Shown piece by piece: positions 58,670 through 64,000 of a DNA stretch of 64,000 nucleotides (the first letter of the stretch is position 1; each line of letters begins with the position of its first letter). The DNA is from an uncultured Gemmatimonadota bacterium. Lineage in GTDB: Bacteria > Gemmatimonadota > Gemmatimonadetes > Palauibacterales > Palauibacteraceae. Below the pieces are notes generated by a model. That model was given only the letters and a program-made list of their open reading frames with translations. It had not been told where the DNA came from and made no database searches. A program made the translations under genes and the position numbers. The stretch spans positions 46,224-110,223 of the forward strand of contig CAJWLK010000005.1 in the NCBI GenBank assembly GCA_913043255.1, in the 5' to 3' direction.

Positions 58670-58699
58670 CGAGGCGTCATAAGGCGCCTCGAATTTTTT
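58670..58699 (+). terminator. intrinsic terminator after tmRNA
   Basis: CGAGGCG-tcataagg-CGCCTCG is a perfect 7-bp stem. It is followed by AATTTTTT. Confidence 0.6.
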
Positions 58700-58731
58700 A
58701 TACCCCCCTATCTAATGATCAGGAAGGGAAG

Positions 58732-59220
58732 ATGCTGGAAGAACTTCAAAAAAAACTGGGCGATGAAGCTGAGGCATTGCTTCATGAACTTAACGTTACG
58801 TTGCCCAAAGAGATCGAGAAGGCAGTTGCACAAGGTGACTTAAGGGAAAATTCAGAGTATAGCGCCGCTTTAGAACGACAAGGTTTTGTGCGGGCGAGGC
58901 TTGACTATTTGGCACGGCGGATGTCGCAGCTGAGCGAAATTGATGTGGAACATGTTCCCGACGATCGAGTGGGTTTTGGATCCCATGTGAGCGTACGGGA
59001 TGTCGAGGATGATGAGGTTGAAGATTTTGTGATCACCTTGGGGGACAACATCGATTTTGAAACAAACGAAATTTCTATGGAGTCGCCGATTGGGAGTGCA
59101 TTGTTAGGGAAGATGATAGGAGATACGACGAATGTTGTACTCCCTGCTGGAAGAAGAGAACTAGAAGTTGTAGGCCTGAAGACACTACATGAGTTGCACG
59201 ATGAAAAGGGCTCTTCTTAA
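58732..59220 (+). CDS. greA: transcription elongation factor GreA
   Basis: DLRENSEYSAALERQGFVRARLDYLARRM and C-terminal ISMESPIGSALLGKMIGD. I use ATG 58732, because the track's 58624 start overlaps the tmRNA. Confidence 0.9.
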   Translation: MLEELQKKLGDEAEALLHELNVTLPKEIEKAVAQGDLRENSEYSAALERQGFVRARLDYLARRMSQLSEIDVEHVPDDRVGFGSHVSVRDVEDDEVEDFVITLGDNIDFETNEISMESPIGSALLGKMIGDTTNVVLPAGRRELEVVGLKTLHELHDEKGSS

Positions 59221-59246
59221 GTGTTTATATCCACATATCACGGTTG

Positions 59247-60233
59247 TCAGAAAACCTTGATGGTGGGAATAAACTTTTCTGGGTTCTCGCGAACATCAGC
59301 AAGGAAAGCATTTAGGTCTACAACGGTCTTGAGGAGTTCTTCGTAGAGTTGCTCATCGCTTACAAGTTGGGCCAACAATCCTTCTCCACCCTCCACCATC
59401 GATAAGAGTGAATCCGCACGGTTAGCCGAAGATATAAGTGCAAGATATAAAGAGTCGGACCCAATTAATCGTCCCAGGCTTCCTTCGCCCGTCACTACAG
59501 AGTGTGTGACCGAATCGAGGCCGGATGCTGCAGAAACCAGGCGGTCGTAGAGTTCATCGTCCATAAGCAATCGACCGAATGCTCCTTGGCCCGACGATAT
59601 TGGCCCGATAATGGCGTTCAGGTTTTGATTCAGTGCGAGCATCCCACCATAGAGTCCATCGTCTACTAGAAGTTGCCCAAGACTCCCCTCGCCTGAAGCC
59701 ACCTTGCCCAAAGTTTCTGTTAAGTCGTCGGACAATGTCGTTAGGCTTTGGACCGCATCCGCCGCCTGTCCCAGGAGTTCCTCATAGCTAATAGCTGGGG
59801 CCCCTTGGATAGTATCACCCTCAACTAAGACTCTTTTCCCAGCCGATCCGGGCTCAATGTCAATTAATCGATCGCCCAACAAACCTTCTGTTCGCACGCG
59901 CGCCCGTGAATCATCTCTGATTTGGTCTTGAACTGTCACGCTCACATCGATCCAAACCGCAACAGCTTCACCAGAAATTGGCCGATCCTCTGGCCGGATG
60001 AACTCCACGCGATCTACCTGTCCTACGTTTTGTCCGGCGACCTGTACCTGTGCTCCGCGGATCAGGCCCGAAGCTGATTCCATTAGTGTGACAAGTTTAT
60101 AGCGCTCCCCAAAGACATTGCCGATCTGTCCAATGAAGAAGACGCCGAATGCTAGGACGGTAAGAGAGACGATAAGTACGACGCCTACTCGAACCTGGTC
60201 CCATGTGATGGCGTTCGATCGTTGCATTGTCAC
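59247..60233 (-). CDS. mlaD: MCE/MlaD-family substrate-binding protein
   Basis: N-terminal TM anchor then the MCE domain (YKLVTLMESASGLIRGAQVQVAGQNVGQVDRVEF), with a helical repeat C-terminus. Confidence 0.8.
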   Translation of the reverse strand: MTMQRSNAITWDQVRVGVVLIVSLTVLAFGVFFIGQIGNVFGERYKLVTLMESASGLIRGAQVQVAGQNVGQVDRVEFIRPEDRPISGEAVAVWIDVSVTVQDQIRDDSRARVRTEGLLGDRLIDIEPGSAGKRVLVEGDTIQGAPAISYEELLGQAADAVQSLTTLSDDLTETLGKVASGEGSLGQLLVDDGLYGGMLALNQNLNAIIGPISSGQGAFGRLLMDDELYDRLVSAASGLDSVTHSVVTGEGSLGRLIGSDSLYLALISSANRADSLLSMVEGGEGLLAQLVSDEQLYEELLKTVVDLNAFLADVRENPEKFIPTIKVF

Positions 60234-60269
60234 CTCGATGCGAAGCTGCCGCGTGTAGAAAAAATGTCC

Positions 60270-61124
60270 TCAGCTGAGAAACGAACGGACGTATTCATGT
60301 TGGCATTCAAACATCTCAGCAGGAGTTCCATTGAAGATAATCTTACCATCTCGAAGTAAAGCTGTCTCTGTCGCAATGCGAGCTGCAGACTGTACGTCAT
60401 GTGTTACTACCACAGCACAGACGGAAAGTTCTTCCCTGAGTTTGAGGATTAGCTCATCGATAACTCGCGTGGTGATCGGGTCTAGTCCGCTCGTTGGCTC
60501 ATCGAACAGTAAAATCTTTGGTTGATGAACAATAGCTCGTGCGATCGCCACACGTTTCTTCATGCCGCCCGAGAGTTGGGCCGGCATTAATGTTAAAACT
60601 TTCTTCGGGTCAAGGTCGACAAATGAGAGAACTTCGTCGACCCGTTGGCGAATCTCACCAGTTTCCATCTCTGTGTGTTCAAATAGAGAGAAGGCGACGT
60701 TGTCGAATACAGTGAGTGAGTCAAAAAGTGCAGAACCCTGAAAAACCATCCCAATGTGTTGACGCAACTTTAGGAGATTTTCTCGGGACACGTTAGTGAT
60801 GTCCTGGCCCTCTACAATTACTTCTCCGTTATCGGGAAGTATGAGCCCGAGAATAAGTCGGAGAATACTTGATTTGCCTACGCCTGATCCTCCGAGTAAG
60901 CACAAAGTCTCTCCATGGTCGACTCCGATAGTGATTCCGCGTAGGACCGCATGATTACGGAATGACAACCACACATTTCGAAATTCGACGGTTTCGTATG
61001 TGTCTTGGCGAAGTGAATGTTTGGGGTCCTCTAGGCGTGGTTTTACTATTTTTCCTCTCCTATGGAATGCCCCACAGTCTCTCTTGGTGGATTCCCCGGT
61101 TTGTTCATTGCATGAAGAGGACAA
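60270..61124 (-). CDS. mlaF: MlaF-type ABC transporter ATP-binding protein
   Basis: Walker A GGSGVGKSS, signature LSGGMKKRVAIARA, and Walker B LLFDEPTSGLD. TTG start overlaps the permease end. No other canonical start is available. Confidence 0.85.
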   Translation of the reverse strand: MSSSCNEQTGESTKRDCGAFHRRGKIVKPRLEDPKHSLRQDTYETVEFRNVWLSFRNHAVLRGITIGVDHGETLCLLGGSGVGKSSILRLILGLILPDNGEVIVEGQDITNVSRENLLKLRQHIGMVFQGSALFDSLTVFDNVAFSLFEHTEMETGEIRQRVDEVLSFVDLDPKKVLTLMPAQLSGGMKKRVAIARAIVHQPKILLFDEPTSGLDPITTRVIDELILKLREELSVCAVVVTHDVQSAARIATETALLRDGKIIFNGTPAEMFECQHEYVRSFLS

Positions 61125-61962
61125 TTAAGATTTGTGTCAGGATATAGTCTACCGCGAGTACCAAGATAGAACTCATTACCACCGCTTGGGTTGTTGATCG
61201 GCCGACCCCCTCCGTACCCCCCGCTGTTCGGAGCCCGTAGAAACAGCTTGTAACCGCCATGACTCCGCCAAACGCCAAGGGTTTGAGAAGGCCTTGTAGA
61301 AGGTCTATCGGGATATATCGAAGTACAAAACCACTGTGAGCTAACGTCGTGTACACGGATCGTAAGTAAAGTTCAGCGGTCAGATCCATCTTGACGGTTG
61401 CTATCAGCATTCCACCAAAAATCGCGAGACAGTCGGCGATGATGGTTAAGACCGGTAACATCAATAGGGCAGCGAACAATCTAGGCAAAACGAGCTTTCG
61501 AATTGGATCGACTCCCATTGTACGTAGGGCGTCGACTTGTTCAGTGACTTGCATGGCACCGATAGTTGCCGCCATCCCGGCGCCTGCACGGCCAGTGACC
61601 ATTAGAGCAGTTAGGACAGGGCCCAATTCCCGGATTGTGGTCGCGCCGACTAGACGTCCGATGTACATGGAGGCCCCAAAACGTTCCATTTCAACGGCAG
61701 ATTGAAGAGCAAGGACCATGCCAGTGAAAAAGCCGGTGAGCATTACAATGAAAAGGGAAGCGACACCGATGGTGTCCATTTGTCTTATAATGTCACGAAG
61801 ATAGAACGGTCCTCGAGTGCACGACTGGCATAGGCGAAATAAAAAGGCAAAGTATTCTTGCACGGAGAGCGCGATTCCGAATACTGCGTCTCGGATAAGG
61901 CGTAGGGCGGATCGGCGAGCAGAGGCCTGGGCCACTTTCTTTGGCACTCTTCTAGAGTTCAA
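61105..61962 (-). CDS. mlaE: MlaE-type ABC transporter permease
   Basis: [52 protein letters not shown] is the MlaE/YrbE signature region. Confidence 0.85.
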   Translation of the reverse strand: MNSRRVPKKVAQASARRSALRLIRDAVFGIALSVQEYFAFLFRLCQSCTRGPFYLRDIIRQMDTIGVASLFIVMLTGFFTGMVLALQSAVEMERFGASMYIGRLVGATTIRELGPVLTALMVTGRAGAGMAATIGAMQVTEQVDALRTMGVDPIRKLVLPRLFAALLMLPVLTIIADCLAIFGGMLIATVKMDLTAELYLRSVYTTLAHSGFVLRYIPIDLLQGLLKPLAFGGVMAVTSCFYGLRTAGGTEGVGRSTTQAVVMSSILVLAVDYILTQILIVLFMQ

Positions 61963-62134
61963 TGTATGTTCGGCGCCCGATTGTTAGTTCATATTCGGGC
62001 TAATATCTCGCCGCAAAGTGCGGGCGTATGGGCGAGGTTACCGGTTCCTACCGCTGCGATGCAAGATCGCACAGCAATTTAAGACTTCATCAAATCGGTA
62101 ATCTCGACTGTTCGAACCTAACAAAGGGCATGAA

Positions 62135-62527
62135 ATGTCAATGCAGAATGGATCGGTTTACACTGAAAATGCGCCGGATGCTGTCGGGCCCTATTCCCAG
62201 GGTTTTTGGGCAGGGGAGTTTTTCTTCTCGGCCGGTCAAGTTGGGTTGGACCCTGCGTCTGGGGATTTGGTAGGAGAGGATGTGGAGAGTCAGGCTGAGC
62301 GAGCAATGGACAACCTACATGCTGTCCTGGCGGCCGCAGGTTTGAGTTTTGAAAATGTTGTGAAAACGACAATTTTTCTCGATGACATGGCGGACTTTGT
62401 CGCGGTGAATGAGATTTATGCGAGTCGGCTCAAGAAGCCGTACCCAGCACGGTCAACCGTTGCGGTTCAAACGCTACCTAAAGGTGCGTTGGTGGAAATA
62501 GAGGTCATTGCCTACCTCGGCACTTAG
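62135..62527 (+). CDS. ridA: RidA-family reactive intermediate/imine deaminase
   Basis: APDAVGPYSQG...SGQVGLDP...NVVKTTIFLDDMADFVAVNEIY...PARSTVAVQTLPKGALVEIEVIA. Confidence 0.9.
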   Translation: MSMQNGSVYTENAPDAVGPYSQGFWAGEFFFSAGQVGLDPASGDLVGEDVESQAERAMDNLHAVLAAAGLSFENVVKTTIFLDDMADFVAVNEIYASRLKKPYPARSTVAVQTLPKGALVEIEVIAYLGT

Positions 62528-62563
62528 TTAGGTGTTGCCAAGCTGAGCAGGGTACAAGGGAGG

Positions 62564-62659
62564 GGGAGCGGATGGTGACTGGTGTTGCCTGCGGTCTTCA
62601 AAACCGTTACGAGGCGTTCACGCGTCTTGGGTGGGTTCGATTCCCACACGTTCCCGCCA
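62564..62659 (+). tRNA. selC: tRNA-Sec (anticodon UCA)
   Basis: Fold read by hand, 96 nt in total.
- Acceptor: GGGAGCGG pairs with ACGTTCCC (7 bp plus one G-A mismatch).
- D arm: 6-bp stem GGTGAC/GTTGCC with a 4-nt loop TGGT.
- Anticodon arm: GCGGT-CTTCAAA-ACCGT, with anticodon TCA at 62598-62600.
- Variable arm: 7-bp stem CGAGGCG/CGTCTTG with a 6-nt loop.
- T arm: GTGGG-TTCGATT-CCCAC.
- 3' end: discriminator G and encoded CCA. Confidence 0.85.
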
Positions 62660-62670
62660 TCTCGGGCGCC

Positions 62671-63156
62671 TTGCTCATATTTATTCTCTCGGGGTCACCG
62701 CTTATTGGCCAAGTGGCAGAGAGCGATAGTAGTACGGTAGAGCTTCTGTCCCCAGGAGAAGATGTGGAACCTTTGACCAAGGACACCATTCCCCCCATTA
62801 CACCGCTGGGTGCTTTTGCTCGATCGTTAATCCTCCCAGGTTGGGGGCACCTCAGGGTAGGACGCCCTGGGCGAGGGGCCGTCTATTTCACCGCGGAGGT
62901 AGCGTCTCTTGTCATGGTTTTTAAGTCAAATGCTAGCCTGGCCGAAGCAAACCGTGCAGATCCAGTCAATGCCGAGATTGTTGAGTCGCGTATTCGACAA
63001 AGAGAGAACTGGATTGTGATCGCTGGCTTTGTCGCGTTCATGTGCGGTATTGACGCGTGGGTTTCGACACAGATGTGGGACTTTGAACCAGCGATAACTA
63101 GCTCCCCGGATGGCTCTGTGGGGGTGGGCCTTCAAGTTAAGCTGGACTTTCCATAA
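62671..63156 (+). CDS. hypothetical membrane protein
   Basis: The track ORF starts at 62572, inside the tRNA-Sec. The first in-frame start after the tRNA is TTG 62671 (LLIFILSGSPLIGQ...). It has hydrophobic segments and a LILPGWGHLRVGRPGRGAVYF motif. Function unknown. Confidence 0.5.
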   Translation: MLIFILSGSPLIGQVAESDSSTVELLSPGEDVEPLTKDTIPPITPLGAFARSLILPGWGHLRVGRPGRGAVYFTAEVASLVMVFKSNASLAEANRADPVNAEIVESRIRQRENWIVIAGFVAFMCGIDAWVSTQMWDFEPAITSSPDGSVGVGLQVKLDFP

Positions 63157-63888
63157 CTATTCCTGGAAAGTTTCAAGCCTGATCTCGGTGCTAGACACAA
63201 TCGCAAAACTATTGTGATGGATCCAGTCGCCGGAATTTAGGTAAAATTGGCCAGGTAACATTTCCCGCAATTCTGGGTTATGTGTGTGGCCGAAAACTAC
63301 GAGATCAAGATCTGGGAGCTCTTCTAGCAACTTCTGGGCGTACGTTGATAGGTGTCCAGCACGTGAACCTTCAGTTGGTAACTCGGGAGATTCCCATTCC
63401 GCTGTACGGCTTGCGTGTCGTGCTAATGGCACACCTATGTCGGGGTGAATCCACTGGAAAAACGTTCGTCCTGCCCTGCTTTGTGATGCCCATTTGAGTA
63501 ATCGATAGCCCCAGTCAGATCCGCCAAGCCCATCTCCATGAGCAACATAAGCATTACGACCTCCTAAAGTGCCAATATATGGTGCCTTCAGGACCTCGAG
63601 CCCCACCTCTTCTTCAAGAAAACTGCCTCCCCATGCATCATGGTTTCCACCCACGAACTGAACACTCATCCCTTCGTCGACGAGGCGACGAAGTCTTGTC
63701 AGAGTGCTCAGGTGTCCACGTGGGATGACTTGACGGTATTCAAACCAGAAGTCGAAGAGGTCTCCATTGATCAAAAGCTTTTCACCCCATTGGGGGGCTT
63801 GATCGAGAAACGCGAGAAATGCCTGCTCATTACGTTTGGGTGTTGCACCCAAGTGGATATCTGAAATTACAATGGTTCGGTCGGGCAT
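63157..63888 (-). CDS. lpxH: UDP-2,3-diacylglucosamine diphosphatase
   Basis: Calcineurin-like metallophosphoesterase motifs in LpxH arrangement: VISDIHLG, NGDLFDFWFEY, GGNHD, HGD, GHTH. Size is 243 aa. Confidence 0.85.
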   Translation of the reverse strand: MPDRTIVISDIHLGATPKRNEQAFLAFLDQAPQWGEKLLINGDLFDFWFEYRQVIPRGHLSTLTRLRRLVDEGMSVQFVGGNHDAWGGSFLEEEVGLEVLKAPYIGTLGGRNAYVAHGDGLGGSDWGYRLLKWASQSRAGRTFFQWIHPDIGVPLARHASRTAEWESPELPTEGSRAGHLSTYAQKLLEELPDLDLVVFGHTHNPELREMLPGQFYLNSGDWIHHNSFAIVSSTEIRLETFQE

Positions 63889-64000
63889 TGAGAGAAGGTT
63901 GGGAGGGTCCAGGTGCCCGTCAAATCGACTTGTCGTAGTTGACAGGAGTCGCGTTCACCAATTGACAGTGCAGGTTGAGATCTGTAGCTGATATGGAAGA

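Noticed and set aside
58663-63156. Possible genomic island integrated at the tmRNA or tRNA-Sec 3' ends.
   Set aside because: No integrase, direct repeat of the RNA 3' end, or foreign-looking genes follow either RNA gene. greA and lpxH-region genes follow instead.
63939-63968. Direct repeat of TTGACAG, 23 nt apart, at the window edge.
   Set aside because: It is too short to distinguish from chance. The gene it might control lies outside the window.

Overview
Mostly housekeeping chromosomal window from a diderm bacterium, shown by LpxH, two Mla-type lipid ABC modules and a TonB-dependent receptor. GC looks moderate by eye. The lineage cannot be fixed without a database search. About 58 protein genes sit in long co-directional strings, many joined by 1-20 nt overlaps.

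Recognisable content:
- Translation and RNA genes: valS, argS, rpsA, rsmI, rnz, nusB, greA.
- Purine synthesis (purN, purH, purM) and a riboflavin operon (ribD-ribE-ribBA-ribH).
- Methyl cycle genes metK and ahcY, plus aroA and cmk.
- A propionyl-CoA to succinyl-CoA set: carboxyltransferase, biotin carboxylase, BCCP, a methylmalonyl-CoA mutase catalytic chain, and a distal epimerase.
- A cobalamin riboswitch (about 49381-49534) in front of a five-gene B12 uptake operon: btuF-like, btuC-like, btuD-like, a TonB-dependent receptor, and an uncharacterised lipoprotein.

RNA genes not visible in the ORF track:
- A tmRNA at 58295-58662, with encoded tag ADDGLALAA.
- A tRNA-Sec at 62564-62659, with anticodon UCA, a 6-bp D stem and a long variable arm.

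With selA (17147-18541) and selB (56254-58143), three of the four selenocysteine-decoding components are present but dispersed. I found no TGA-containing selenoprotein gene in the window.

The least explained region is a tightly coupled four-gene envelope module at 5516-13007. It encodes a 1125-aa membrane-anchored acidic coiled-coil protein, a TPR-like secreted protein, a secreted alpha/beta protein and an anchored Pro/Glu-rich protein. None has a recognisable catalytic domain.

I saw no CRISPR array, transposase, integrase or prophage genes.
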